Positions 9,035 to 18,674 are shown, counted from the stretch's first letter. The stretch: 64,000 nt of DNA from Mycobacteriales bacterium (GCA_040414495.1 JBEDUI010000081.1:528-64527); one strand, 5' to 3'. The notes: a model not told the origin generated them from the letters alone. Translations and numbers: made by a program.

Positions 9035-10303
9035 TTAGTCAGGGGAAGTAGAGGGCCGCTTCGAGACCGAGCGGGCCATGCTGGCATCGGTCGGGTCGAC
9101 CGTTCCCAGCGTGCGTAGCGGGGCGTCCGCGTCGGCGTCCAGCGCCGCCGGGGCGCTGCTGCCGACCGAGCCGGAAGAGTTCGCGTTGGCACCCGCGCCG
9201 CTGCTCACACCGCCGGACGGAGCGGGCGGAGCCGCCGGCGCGATCGGGGTGAGCGGCTGCGGGTGCGGCAGGCCATGGTCGGCGTGGCTGATCCGCACGC
9301 TGATGGCGAGCGGGACGCTCAACTCGTCGGCCTGACGGGTCGGTCCCGCCGCGGTCGACGTCGCCGGGACGACGTGGCGGCCGGTCTCCCGAACGACCCG
9401 GTGCGCGGCAGCCACCGTCCGCTGGTGAGCAGCGGGGGCGTGCCGGACGACCGTCGCGGCAACCGACCGGACCACCGGCGTGGTGCCGACGACCGGAGTC
9501 GTTCCCAAATCCACCGGGCCGAGCTGCTCGCCGGCCGGGACCGAAAGGCCGGGCAGCGAAACGTCCGGAGCGGTGTGCTGGACCGTCTGGTTCACGGTCG
9601 AGGTGACCCGGTGCACGGTCGAGGTGACCGGCGCGGTCACGGTCGACAGGTCGGGTGCCTTACCGGAGATGGTCTGCGTAACCGACTGAACCGGCTCGCT
9701 GACCTGCTTGGCTACATGAGTGGTCTGGTCGGTCAGCGACGTGGTGGCGTGCCGGGCAGCGTCGGTGATCGGAGTGACCACCTTCTGCGTGACCGGCTTG
9801 GCCGCATCCGTGACCGACCTACTCGCGTCACCGAGCCGATGCTCGAGTTGATCACGGACCTGGCTACCGATGTCGGTCGAGTCGAGCGTCTTTCCCAGAT
9901 CAGTCGGATCGTCGGAGTGCCGGCTCGGAGCCGGAGCCGACGGAAGGCTGGAGTGGGAAGAGGCCGCGTCTTCGGTCGCGCTCGAAGCGCTGTGTTGGGC
10001 GCGAACCGTGACCGACGCCGTGTGCCGGGAATGCACGACCTGCGAGACCGCGTGGTGAACCGAGTCCGAGAGACCGGACACCGGCTGGGCCTGGTGCGTG
10101 GTCTCGTCGACGCTGTGCAGTATCGAGGTCACCGGCGTCGCGTCCTGCGGCGTCGCCGCGTGCGCCATGCCGCCAATCGCGGTGGCGCCGATCCAACCGG
10201 CGACCGCAAAGCCGCCGGTCACGAGGAACCGGCGCGCGATCCGGACCGCGGTGGAGCGCTCGGACGCCTGGTGGCGCCTCGCCCTCTCCGGTCCGAACGA
10301 CAT
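9035..10303 (-). CDS. exported Thr/Val/Ser/His-rich protein, function unknown (first gene of the sortase-linked operon)
   Basis: N-terminal basic region plus a hydrophobic segment ending AHA|ATP (RFLVTGGFAVAGWIGATAIGGMAHAATPQD). The body is low-complexity with V-T-x-x-V type repeats (PVTQKVVTPITD..., VTAPVTSTVHRVTSTVNQTV). Same strand as the giant gene and 91 bp upstream of it. Confidence 0.65.
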   Translation of the reverse strand: MSFGPERARRHQASERSTAVRIARRFLVTGGFAVAGWIGATAIGGMAHAATPQDATPVTSILHSVDETTHQAQPVSGLSDSVHHAVSQVVHSRHTASVTVRAQHSASSATEDAASSHSSLPSAPAPSRHSDDPTDLGKTLDSTDIGSQVRDQLEHRLGDASRSVTDAAKPVTQKVVTPITDAARHATTSLTDQTTHVAKQVSEPVQSVTQTISGKAPDLSTVTAPVTSTVHRVTSTVNQTVQHTAPDVSLPGLSVPAGEQLGPVDLGTTPVVGTTPVVRSVAATVVRHAPAAHQRTVAAAHRVVRETGRHVVPATSTAAGPTRQADELSVPLAISVRISHADHGLPHPQPLTPIAPAAPPAPSGGVSSGAGANANSSGSVGSSAPAALDADADAPLRTLGTVDPTDASMARSVSKRPSTSPD

Positions 10304-10724
10304 GCGGCTCCTCTGACGATGTGAAGCGGATCAGCTTCGCTCTGTCCGATTACTGCTACGCAACGTAGCGATCTTGCCGATGGTCTGCAAGTGCTGATTC
10401 CCAGCGTGTTGCGCGTAGGTCTAGGTGCGTTCGGCAGTTAATTTGTACGGCCATTAGGCGGCATTGATCCGCGCCAAACAGCGCTCAATTTCCGTGCTTG
10501 ATAGTCAAGCGGCTGCCCATCGTGACAGCTCATCGGGCCGCCCGGTCCGGCTGTTGTGCCGACCGCGACGACGATTCCGACGCCCCCGAACGGCGTCGTC
10601 TGTTCATCCGCGAACGCGGCGCCGACGTTACATCGCCGGTTAAATTGCCGGCCGGACTAATCGAGCCGCGATCTGCGCCCCAGATCGACCTGCCGACTCG
10701 ACCGTTCTGTCCTCGGTGGACTGT

Positions 10725-11489
10725 CTACTTAGGAGCGAGCCGAACGGCTCCGTCGAGCCGGATCGTCTCACCGTTCAACATAGGGTTTTCCACAATCGCG
10801 GCGACGAGCGCGGCGTACTCCTCGGGATGACCGAGCCGGCTGGGATGCGGGACCTGAGCCGCGAGCGAGGCCTGCAGGTCGCCTGGCAGACCGGCCACCA
10901 TCGGGGTTTCGAATATGCCGGGCGCGATCGTCATCACCCGGATCTGCCGGGCCGCCAATTCACGGGCGACCGCGAGGGTCAGCGACACGACGCCGCCCTT
11001 GGAGGCCGCATAGGCCGGCTGACCGATCTGCCCGTCGTACGCCGCGATCGACGCCGTGCAGATCAATACGCCCCGTTCCTCGCCGACCGGTTCGAGTGCC
11101 GCGATCCGTTCGGCCGCCAGCCGAAGGACGTTGAACGTCCCGACCAGGTTGATGTCGATGGCCCGCTGGAATTCAGACAGCGGCAGCGGACCGTGCCGGC
11201 CGAGCATCCGGCCGACGGTCGCGACGCCGGCGCAGTTGACCACCAGCCGCAGCGCGCCGAGCCGCTCGGCCGTATCGAGCGCGGCAGCGACCTGGTCCTC
11301 GTCGCGGACATCGGTCGGCCTGAACGCGACCGCGTCACCCAACTCGGCCGCCACCTCCGCTCCGGCCGAGCCGGGAAGGTCGGCGATGACGACCTTCGCG
11401 CCAGACGAGACCAGTCGCCGGACCGTGGCCTGCCCGAGGCCCGAGGCGCCGCCGGTGACGAGGGCGGCGACCGTGTCGTCAAGAAGCAT
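10725..11489 (-). CDS. short-chain dehydrogenase/reductase, 3-hydroxyacyl-CoA dehydrogenase type-2-like
   Basis: TGGASGLG cofactor motif and YAASKGG catalytic Y-x-x-x-K. Overall similarity to HSD10/FadB2-type SDRs ([24 protein letters not shown]). Confidence 0.85.
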   Translation of the reverse strand: MLLDDTVAALVTGGASGLGQATVRRLVSSGAKVVIADLPGSAGAEVAAELGDAVAFRPTDVRDEDQVAAALDTAERLGALRLVVNCAGVATVGRMLGRHGPLPLSEFQRAIDINLVGTFNVLRLAAERIAALEPVGEERGVLICTASIAAYDGQIGQPAYAASKGGVVSLTLAVARELAARQIRVMTIAPGIFETPMVAGLPGDLQASLAAQVPHPSRLGHPEEYAALVAAIVENPMLNGETIRLDGAVRLAPK

Positions 11490-12162
11490 GTACGGCTCCC
11501 AGTCGGATCGGCTCGATGTCCAGCGCGATACCGGACTCGTGCGGGGCGGCGCGGACCAATCGCAGATCGGGTACGACCCAATCGGCGCCGGTCAGCTCGT
11601 CGGCCCGGTGGGTCGTGGTGACGGCCAGCACGCGGCAGCCGGCGGCGCGGGCGGCCGCGATGCCGCTGGGCGCGTCCTCGACCACAACGCACCAGGCCGG
11701 GTCGACACCCAGCCGCTTCGCCGCGAGTCGGTAGCCCTCCGGGTCCGGCTTGCCTCGGCTGACGTCCTCGGCCGTGACCACAACCGTCGGGCGGCCCAGA
11801 CCCGCGGCACCGAGTCGCGTGGTCAGCAGCGGTGCCGTCGCCGAGGTCACCACGGCCCACGGCAGCGAGTCCAGCGAACCGGTCAGCTCGAGGGCGCCGG
11901 GTACCGGGACCAGACCGTCGAGGTCGGTCAGCTCAGCGGTCCGGACCAGCTGAACCGCCTCGTCGCGCTCCGGCTCGGGCAGGAAGTGGGCGACGATGTC
12001 GACATCGCGACGGCCATGTGCGACGCGCCGCAGCTCGTCAACATCTGCCCCGTACCGGTTGATGAACAGCGCCCAGGCCCGTGCGATCGGACCGGACGAG
12101 TCGACCAACGTGCCGTCATTGTCGAAGAGGAGGGCCGCACAGTGAGTCCGCATCGAGCGCAA
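11479..12162 (-). CDS. HAD-superfamily hydrolase (beta-phosphoglucomutase-like subfamily IA)
   Basis: [12 protein letters not shown] (DxDGT motif I), VVTSA (motif II), GKPDPEGY and [17 protein letters not shown] (motifs III/IV). Its 3' end overlaps the SDR start by 11 nt. Confidence 0.85.
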   Translation of the reverse strand: MRSMRTHCAALLFDNDGTLVDSSGPIARAWALFINRYGADVDELRRVAHGRRDVDIVAHFLPEPERDEAVQLVRTAELTDLDGLVPVPGALELTGSLDSLPWAVVTSATAPLLTTRLGAAGLGRPTVVVTAEDVSRGKPDPEGYRLAAKRLGVDPAWCVVVEDAPSGIAAARAAGCRVLAVTTTHRADELTGADWVVPDLRLVRAAPHESGIALDIEPIRLGAVHAS

Positions 12163-12213
12163 GCCTAGCCGCCCGGGACGCTCGGTTCCGCGCCCTTGTC
12201 CTTATATAAGAGG

Positions 12214-12246
12214 CAGAGCCCGCTCAGGTGAACCGAGCGGGCTCTG
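12214..12246 (-). terminator. intrinsic terminator-like hairpin after the HTH/Clp_N gene
   Basis: CAGAGCCCGCTC (12214-12225) pairs with GAGCGGGCTCTG (12235-12246), a perfect 12-bp stem with a 9-nt loop. On the minus strand it is followed by CCTCTTATATAAGG. Confidence 0.6.
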
Positions 12247-12260
12247 GAGTGCGCCGTTGT

Positions 12261-12944
12261 TCAGGTCGCCTGGAATCCGGCCAGGGCCTGGGCCACGTCG
12301 GCCCGCACCTGGTCGGCGGTCAATTCGAGCTTGCGCAACACCGTGCTGCCCACGCTGTGCGGATACCGGTCGATCGCCAGCAGCAGGTGCTCGGTGCCGA
12401 TGTAGTTGTGGCCTCGGTCGATCGCCTCGGTCAGCGCGCCGGACAGAATCTGGCTCAGCGGCGGGTTTTCCTCCGACGCCTGCTCGGCGGCCGCGGCCGG
12501 GATCTCGGCCAGCACCTTGTCCCGGGTAATGCCGTGCGCGATGAGGATCTTCGTCGCAATCGCCTCGGGTTGTGCGTACAGCGCCAGCAGTATGTGCTCG
12601 GTGCCTACGTATTCCTGGCCGGCCGCGGTCGATTCCTCCTGGGCCTTGGCCAGCGCAGCGCGGGTCCGCTGGGTGAAGCGCTCGTACGATGGCATGTTCA
12701 CTCCCGATGATGAGAAGCGCTTGTGGACGGCTTGTTTGCTCACGCCGAGTACGGCGCTGATCTCGGTCCACGTCTTGCCCGAGCCGCGGGCCCGGTCGAC
12801 GTAATGGCCGAGCAGTGCGTCGCTGGTTTCCGCGATCTGCGAGACCGTGGACGAGGCGGTGGCCAACTGGTCGAGCGGGTCGGCGCTGGGTGCGTCCCGT
12901 TGCACCGTGGTGATCAGGTCGTCGAGTGAGGGCGGTGGCGACAT
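12261..12944 (-). CDS. helix-turn-helix protein with two Clp N-terminal (Clp_N) repeats
   Basis: ORF 12261..13109 trimmed to ATG 12944 (GGAGG upstream). HTH segment KTWTEISAVLGVSKQAVHKRF, then two Clp_N repeats (YVGTEHILLALYAQ..., YIGTEHLLLAIDRY...). Confidence 0.8.
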   Translation of the reverse strand: MSPPPSLDDLITTVQRDAPSADPLDQLATASSTVSQIAETSDALLGHYVDRARGSGKTWTEISAVLGVSKQAVHKRFSSSGVNMPSYERFTQRTRAALAKAQEESTAAGQEYVGTEHILLALYAQPEAIATKILIAHGITRDKVLAEIPAAAAEQASEENPPLSQILSGALTEAIDRGHNYIGTEHLLLAIDRYPHSVGSTVLRKLELTADQVRADVAQALAGFQAT

Positions 12945-12972
12945 GGTGTCCTCCGTGGTTGATCCGATGTCG

Positions 12973-13016
12973 TCAACCGTAGGTTGACCGCCATGGATCG
13001 TCAACCCAAAGTTGAC
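12973..13016. promoter_or_regulatory. two tandem 17-bp palindromic operator-like sites
   Basis: GTCAACC-GTA-GGTTGAC (12973-12989) has perfect 7-bp arms. GTCAACC-CAA-AGTTGAC (13000-13016) matches 6/7. Centres are 27 bp apart, 29-72 bp upstream of the HTH/Clp_N start and divergent from valS. Confidence 0.6.
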
Positions 13017-13241
13017 CCGTTCGCTCACGGCGAATAGCCAGCCGGTTTTCTCAATACGGCCACGGCCCGCTCTGCTAACCTCGCCACCGTGAGGCCCGCA
13101 ACTCAGCACGTATTCGTAGCCACCACCTCGTGGCCGGGTGCGTCATGCCCTCACCGATTCAGCTGATCTGATTCATTGGTGACCCCGGTCGTACCGGGGT
13201 CACGAACTCCCGTACGGCCGGCCTGTCGAAAGGCCGACAAC

Positions 13242-15662
13242 GTGCCAGCGAAAATCCCATCCCCGCAATCCCTGCCCGACAAATGGGCGCCGTACTGGGA
13301 ACAGCAACGGACGTACGAATTCGACCGTACCGCCGCTCCGGACCGCGTCTTCAGCATCGATTCGCCGCCGCTCACCGTGAGCGGCACCCTCCACATCGGA
13401 CACTTGTACTCGTACACCCACACCGACGTGATCGCGCGTTTCCAAAGAATGCGCGGAAAAGCCGTCTGCTACCCGGTCGGCTTCGACGACAACGGGCTGC
13501 CGACCGAACGGCGGGTGCAGAACTATTACGGCGTGCGGGTCGACCCGACGATTTCCGAATCCACCAATGGCGTCGTTGGACGGGCCCGGTTCCGGGAATT
13601 GTGTGCCCGGCTCACGGCACGCGACGAGCAGATTTACGAACGGGCCTGGCGCCGGCTCGGATTGTCGGTCGACTGGTCACTGTCCTACCGCACCATGGAC
13701 GAACGCTCGCAGGTCATTTCGCAGCGGGCCTTTCTGCGCAACCTCGCCCGCGGGGAGGCGTACCGGTCCGAGGCGCCGACGCTCTGGGACGTCACCTTCC
13801 ACACCGCCGTGGCGCAGGCCGAATCGGTCGACCGGGAAATCCCCGGCGCCTTTCTCAGCCTGCGGTTCGTCGGCCCGGACTGCGATATCGCGGTCGAGAC
13901 GACCCGACCCGAATTGCTGCCGGCCTGCGTCGCTCTGGTCGCGCACCCCGACGATGCCCGCTACCAACGGCTTTTCGGCCGCACCGCCCGTACACCGCTC
14001 TTTGATGTCGAGGTGCCGATTCACCCGCACCGCCAGGCCGACCCGGACAAGGGCAGCGGAATCGCGATGGTGTGTACGTTCGGCGATCCGACCGATGTCG
14101 TCTGGTGGCGCGATCTCGCACTCGACACCCGGGCCGTGCTCGGATTCGACGGCCGATTCCGCACCGAGCCACCGTCTGGTGTGGACAGTGACCGATACGC
14201 GATCCTGGCGGGGAAATCGATCGAGGAAGCCCGGGCGGACATCGTGCAACAGCTCCGGGATTCGGGTACGTTGCTCGGACCGCCCCGGCCGGTGACGCAC
14301 TCCGTGCCGTTCTACGAGAAGGGCGAGCGCCCACTGGAGATCGTGCCGAGCCGGCAGTGGTATATCCGCAACGGTGGCCGCGACGAGGAACTGCGCGAGC
14401 AATTGTTACGCCGCGGCGCACAATTGTGTTGGCATCCAGAATGGATGCGTAGCCGCTTCAACGGCTGGGTCGAGGGGCTCCGCGGCGATTGGCTGATCAG
14501 CCGGCAGCGGTTCTGGGGTGTGCCGTTTCCACTGTGGTATCGGCTCGATGACACCGGTCAGCCCGGTGAGGTCCTCATTCCGGACGAGACCGCATTGCCG
14601 CTCGACCCGACTCAGGCCTGCCCACCCGGATTCCGGCCTGACCAACGCGATCAACCCGGTGGTTTCACCGCCGAACGCGACATCATGGATACCTGGGCCA
14701 CGTCCTCGCTGACCCCGCTGATCGGCACCGCCGAATTGACCGGCCCGCCGCGACAATTCGACCTGCACCCGCAGGCGCACGAAATCATCCGTACCTGGCT
14801 TTTCACCACGTTGTTGCGCGCACATGTCGAACGCGACGAACTGCCCTGGCGGAATGCCGCCATTTCCGGCTGGGTCGTGGATTCGCAGCACGAGAAGATC
14901 GGCAAATCCGCCGGCAACGCCGAATCACCCGAGGCGTTGCTGGACCAATTCGGTCCCGATGCGATTCGGTATTGGGCCGCGCGGGGCCGGCTCGGTTACG
15001 ACCTGACCTTCGACCTGAACCAGGTGAAGGTCGGACGGCGCCTCGCGACCAAACTCTTGAACGCGAGCCGTTTCGTGCTCTCGTTCGAGGCGACCGAGGA
15101 AATCGTCGACCGGCCGCTGGATCGGGCCCTGCTGGCCGGACTGTCCACAGTGGTGAGTGATGCGACCGCAGCGCTGGAGCTGTACGACCACGCACGGGCG
15201 CTGGAGCGTATCGAACGATTCTTCTGGCAGTTCTGCGACGACTACATCGAGTTGGTGAAGGAACGGGCATACGCCGGCTGCCCGTCCGCGCGGACGACGC
15301 TGCGGTCGGCATTGGCGCAGCTGCAACGGCTCCTGGCGCCGTACCTGCCGTTCGTGACCGAAGAGTCCTGGTCCTGGTGGCAGTCCGGTTCGGTGCACCT
15401 GACGCAATGGCCAGAACCGGGCGACGCGGGCGAGGACGCGACGCTGCACGCAGCCAGCACCGTGCTGACCGGCATCCGGCAACAGAAGTCGGCGGCCGGC
15501 CTGTCCATGCGCACACCGGTCGGGAGCATCCGGGTCGCCGGTAGCACCGACCTGGTCGCGGCCGCGGCCCGCGCCGCGACCGAACTCCAGCAGGCCGCGC
15601 ACGCCGACCAGATCGAGTTCACCGAAGCCGAGGGGCCACTCGTGGTCAGCGTGAACCCGTAA
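13242..15662 (+). CDS. valS: valine--tRNA ligase (archaeal/actinobacterial short type)
   Basis: Class I aaRS with HIGH motif ([11 protein letters not shown]) and a KMSKS-equivalent KIGKSAGN. The editing-domain signature [22 protein letters not shown]...[17 protein letters not shown] is typical of ValRS. Start moved from TTG 13176 to GTG 13242 (GAAAGG upstream); the start is uncertain. Confidence 0.8.
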   Translation: MPAKIPSPQSLPDKWAPYWEQQRTYEFDRTAAPDRVFSIDSPPLTVSGTLHIGHLYSYTHTDVIARFQRMRGKAVCYPVGFDDNGLPTERRVQNYYGVRVDPTISESTNGVVGRARFRELCARLTARDEQIYERAWRRLGLSVDWSLSYRTMDERSQVISQRAFLRNLARGEAYRSEAPTLWDVTFHTAVAQAESVDREIPGAFLSLRFVGPDCDIAVETTRPELLPACVALVAHPDDARYQRLFGRTARTPLFDVEVPIHPHRQADPDKGSGIAMVCTFGDPTDVVWWRDLALDTRAVLGFDGRFRTEPPSGVDSDRYAILAGKSIEEARADIVQQLRDSGTLLGPPRPVTHSVPFYEKGERPLEIVPSRQWYIRNGGRDEELREQLLRRGAQLCWHPEWMRSRFNGWVEGLRGDWLISRQRFWGVPFPLWYRLDDTGQPGEVLIPDETALPLDPTQACPPGFRPDQRDQPGGFTAERDIMDTWATSSLTPLIGTAELTGPPRQFDLHPQAHEIIRTWLFTTLLRAHVERDELPWRNAAISGWVVDSQHEKIGKSAGNAESPEALLDQFGPDAIRYWAARGRLGYDLTFDLNQVKVGRRLATKLLNASRFVLSFEATEEIVDRPLDRALLAGLSTVVSDATAALELYDHARALERIERFFWQFCDDYIELVKERAYAGCPSARTTLRSALAQLQRLLAPYLPFVTEESWSWWQSGSVHLTQWPEPGDAGEDATLHAASTVLTGIRQQKSAAGLSMRTPVGSIRVAGSTDLVAAAARAATELQQAAHADQIEFTEAEGPLVVSVNP

Positions 15663-15741
15663 CGCTCGGCGACCGCCAAGTCACCGATCAGCCCGTCCCA
15701 CGGGCAAAATCGAATTCTGGTCCGCCTCGTCTAGTAGGGTC

Positions 15742-16398
15742 ATGCCGATGAATGACAGGCTCGTATGGATCGATTGCGAGATGACCGGCCTCGATCTCGC
15801 CCACGACGCGTTGATCGAGGTGGCCGTCCTCGTCACCGACTCCAATCTCACGGTGCTGGGCAAAGGCATCGACATCGTCATCTCCGCCCCGGCCGAGAAG
15901 CTGGAATCGATGAACGAGGTCGTATCGGCGATGCACGCCGCCTCGGGCTTGACCGAGGCGGTCCGCGCGTCGACGGTCACGATGCAGGACGCCGAGCGGC
16001 AGGTCCTCGACTACATCCGGGAGTACGTACCGGAGCCGCGGACCGCGCCGCTGGCCGGCAACTCCATCGCCACCGACCGTGGGTTCCTCGCCCGCGACAT
16101 GCCGGCGCTGGACAACCATCTGCACTACCGGATGGTCGACGTGTCCTCGATCAAGGAGCTGAGCCGGCGCTGGTATCCGCGCGTCTACTACGCGCAGCCG
16201 GAGAAGGGCATGCAGCACCGGGCGCTGGCGGATATCGAGGAGAGCATCCAGGAGTTGCGGTATTACCGCAGCGCGATCTTCGTACCGGAGCCCGGGCCGA
16301 GTACCGATGAGGCGCGGGCGATCGCGGCCCGGATCATGAACGGCGACGCCGCAAAGGCCGATTCACCGCTGCACGAGGCGGGCCAGGCGGAGGCGTAA
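15742..16398 (+). CDS. orn: oligoribonuclease
   Basis: DEDDh exonuclease motifs: [44 protein letters not shown]. The orn/tRNA-His adjacency is common in actinobacteria. Confidence 0.92.
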   Translation: MPMNDRLVWIDCEMTGLDLAHDALIEVAVLVTDSNLTVLGKGIDIVISAPAEKLESMNEVVSAMHAASGLTEAVRASTVTMQDAERQVLDYIREYVPEPRTAPLAGNSIATDRGFLARDMPALDNHLHYRMVDVSSIKELSRRWYPRVYYAQPEKGMQHRALADIEESIQELRYYRSAIFVPEPGPSTDEARAIAARIMNGDAAKADSPLHEAGQAEA

Positions 16399-16453
16399 GC
16401 CGGAGTTCCAGACGTCCGCTATGATCGTGCGGAGCCGCCGATGTGCGGCCCGC

Positions 16454-16530
16454 GGTGGGTGTAGCTCAGTTGGTAGAGCACCTGGTTGTGGTCCAGGGAG
16501 TCGTGGGTTCAAGTCCCATCACTCACCCCA
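16454..16530 (+). tRNA. tRNA-His (anticodon GTG), with encoded G-1 and 3' CCA
   Basis: Manual cloverleaf: G-1; acceptor GTGGGTG/CACTCAC; D arm GCTC-AGTTGGTA-GAGC; anticodon arm CCTGG-TTGTGGT-CCAGG; T arm GTGGG-TTCAAGT-CCCAT; discriminator C and CCA. Confidence 0.95.
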
Positions 16531-16537
16531 AGGGAAA

Positions 16538-16566
16538 GGGAGCAGCTTCGGCTGCTCCCTTTTTTC
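16538..16566 (+). terminator. rho-independent terminator after tRNA-His
   Basis: GGGAGCAGC-TTCG-GCTGCTCCC followed by TTTTTTCTT. Confidence 0.85.
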
Positions 16567-16664
16567 TTGCCCATCTCGTACGTGAATTGCGTCTCGCCGA
16601 TCCGGCGTCACTTCTGCGGCCGATCGCGCGATGAACCGGACAGCAACGTACTGAGGAGGACAAG

Positions 16665-17831
16665 ATTCCCAGATACTGGCTGTCGGTCGCGGTCGCGGCC
16701 GCATTGTCCGCGGCACTCGCCACACCAGCGACTGCCGACTCGCCAAACTGGACGCTGGACCTGCACGGGACCGACGCCAACGTCGCAGTCGATCACGGCA
16801 CGCTGCGCCTGGCCGACCCGAAGGCGCCGGCGTTGGCCAGCCCGACCGCGCTCGGTTCGCTCATCACCGCGCCGCACCGGCTCGACCGGCTCGCCACCGG
16901 GCTGGTCGCCACCCTCAACGCCGATATCCCGGCCGGCGCGGCGGTCCGGATCGACGTACGCGGCGTTGGGGGCACCGGCCGCTGGGGCGAATGGACCCCG
17001 GCCGGGGCCGCGCTGCCCGGACCGGCCCGAGTCGTTCAGGCCCGGGTCACCCTCATCGCCGCTCCGGACGGCGCCAGCCCGCGGGTGCGCGCGGTATCGC
17101 TGCGACCAATGGATTCGGGCGTCACGCCGCGGACCTCGGGCACCGCCTCGACGTACCGGGTATTCGCCACCCGCGAGGGTCTGGTCGGCGGCACCACGGC
17201 CAACGGCCACGTCATCGTCTCCCGCGATCATTTCGTCGCGCTGCCCTCCGGACGTGGACTGTCCCCCAAGGACGGCGGCAGCTACACAGTCCGGGTCTGC
17301 GCGACCAGCGGGCGCTGCGAATGGGCGCCAGTGTGGGACGTCGGGCCGTGGAATACACACGATGACTACTGGAATCCAGCCGCGATCCGCGAGGACTGGA
17401 AGGACGTAACCCAGGGCGAGCCGGAATCGCAGGCGGCGTACTCCAATGGCTACAACGGCGGTAAGGACGGCTTCGGCCGTACCGTCTCCAATCCGGCCGG
17501 GATCGACCTGGCCGACGGCACGTTCTGGGACGGACTGCAACTGACCGACAATGCCTGGGTCAACGTGACCTATTTGTGGACTGGGGCCGCTGGCGTGACC
17601 GGCACCATCGACACCGCGTTGAATGTCCGCAGTGGACCACACGGCACCGCTACCGCGGTCGGCTTGGCCGATGAGGATGCCCAGGTGCCGATCGTCTGCC
17701 AAACGACAGGCGACTCGGTCTCCGGCAGCGTAAAGAAAACGAATCTCTGGGATGAATTGGCGACCGGTTATTACGTTTCGGACGCCTATGTGGACACTGG
17801 GTCAACAAAGCAGGTCGCTCCGAATTGCTGA
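16665..17831 (+). CDS. secreted protein with RlpA-like double-psi beta-barrel region and C-terminal SH3b domain (putative cell-wall-binding/lytic protein)
   Basis: The ORF track starts it at TTG 16704, but the in-frame upstream codons encode the missing signal peptide (I-PRYWLSVAVAAALSAALATPATA|DS) behind a GAGGAGGA Shine-Dalgarno. The core YRVFATREGLVGGTTANGHVI...HFVALPS...WAPVWDVGPWN is DPBB-like. The C-terminal GTIDTALNVRSGPHGTATAVG...NLWDEL...GYYVSDAYVD is SH3b-like. The start codon is uncertain. Confidence 0.7.
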   Translation: MPRYWLSVAVAAALSAALATPATADSPNWTLDLHGTDANVAVDHGTLRLADPKAPALASPTALGSLITAPHRLDRLATGLVATLNADIPAGAAVRIDVRGVGGTGRWGEWTPAGAALPGPARVVQARVTLIAAPDGASPRVRAVSLRPMDSGVTPRTSGTASTYRVFATREGLVGGTTANGHVIVSRDHFVALPSGRGLSPKDGGSYTVRVCATSGRCEWAPVWDVGPWNTHDDYWNPAAIREDWKDVTQGEPESQAAYSNGYNGGKDGFGRTVSNPAGIDLADGTFWDGLQLTDNAWVNVTYLWTGAAGVTGTIDTALNVRSGPHGTATAVGLADEDAQVPIVCQTTGDSVSGSVKKTNLWDELATGYYVSDAYVDTGSTKQVAPNC

Positions 17832-17866
17832 GAATCGCCCCCGGAATTAGCTTCCGGGGGCGATTC
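17832..17866. terminator. bidirectional terminator hairpin between convergent genes
   Basis: GAATCGCCCCCGGAA-TTAGC-TTCCGGGGGCGATTC, a perfect 15-bp stem. Confidence 0.75.
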
Positions 17867-17882
17867 GGTATCTATCGAAAAC

Positions 17883-18674
17883 CTAGTGGGTGTTGGTGGC
17901 CCAGGCTGCCTTCGTGCCACTGTAGAGCACCAGGTTTCCGTCGGTTTGCACAAGTAGTCGACTCATATTTCCGTGCGTTCCGCTCTGCCAGAGAACGGTG
18001 CCGCGCGCCGAGTGGATAACCAGGTTTCCATTGCTCTGGAAGCTCAAATACGCGCCCCGGTGGCCCTGCGTGTGGGAATTCCACAACGCGGTGCTGCCGC
18101 GCCGAAGCACAAGATTTCCGTCGGTGCCCATGGCCAGCCGGAATGTACGGTTCTGGGAGAGGCGAGTGTGCCCGGCCGTCAACGTTTCGCCGGGCAGCAT
18201 CTCGGTCGAGTTGGTTTTCCACGCCCACAACGCTTTCTTGCCGGAGTAGATGACCAGGTTGCCGTCGTCCTGCATCGCCAGGTACGAGCCGGCGTGCCCG
18301 CCGGTGCGGCTGGTCCACAGTGGCTTGTGGGCGCGGTCATATACGACGAGGTCGCCATTCGACTGGAATTCGGTGTACGCGCCACGGTGGCCGTCGGTCT
18401 CGGTAGCCCATAGGGGAGTCTTGTCACTGGTTCGGTATATGACGGCGTTGCCGTCGCTCTGCTGCAGGAACCCATACCGCCCATTGGGCGAGCGCAGATA
18501 ATGGCCGGCCCGCAGAATCACGCCGCCCCGCAAAACACCGACCGCGGCTGGCGCCGCCGAATTGGCCTTGGCCGCCGGAGTGGCTGTATTCGCCCCGGCC
18601 GTACCGGCACCGACGCCAATTGCCACCATCGCGAGCGCGCAGCCGGCAAGAATTGCCTTGAACGTGGATTTCAC
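17883..18674 (-). CDS. secreted tandem bulb-type (monocot mannose-binding, B-lectin) lectin domain protein
   Basis: Signal peptide MKSTFKAILAGCALAMVAIGVGAGTAGA. Six QxDxNxVxY-type subdomain motifs: QQSDGNAVIY, FQSNGDLVVY, MQDDGNLVIY, MGTDGNLVLR, FQSNGNLVIH, VQTDGNLVLY. That makes two beta-prism II domains. GTG start with GGAGGA upstream. Confidence 0.85.
   Translation of the reverse strand: MKSTFKAILAGCALAMVAIGVGAGTAGANTATPAAKANSAAPAAVGVLRGGVILRAGHYLRSPNGRYGFLQQSDGNAVIYRTSDKTPLWATETDGHRGAYTEFQSNGDLVVYDRAHKPLWTSRTGGHAGSYLAMQDDGNLVIYSGKKALWAWKTNSTEMLPGETLTAGHTRLSQNRTFRLAMGTDGNLVLRRGSTALWNSHTQGHRGAYLSFQSNGNLVIHSARGTVLWQSGTHGNMSRLLVQTDGNLVLYSGTKAAWATNTH

Noticed and set aside
4216-10303. Search for LPXTG/LAXTG cell-wall sorting signals in the two large exported proteins
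   Set aside because: None is present at either C-terminus. LPGLS, LPVAG and similar strings are internal and lack the hydrophobic and basic tail, so no sortase substrate can be asserted.
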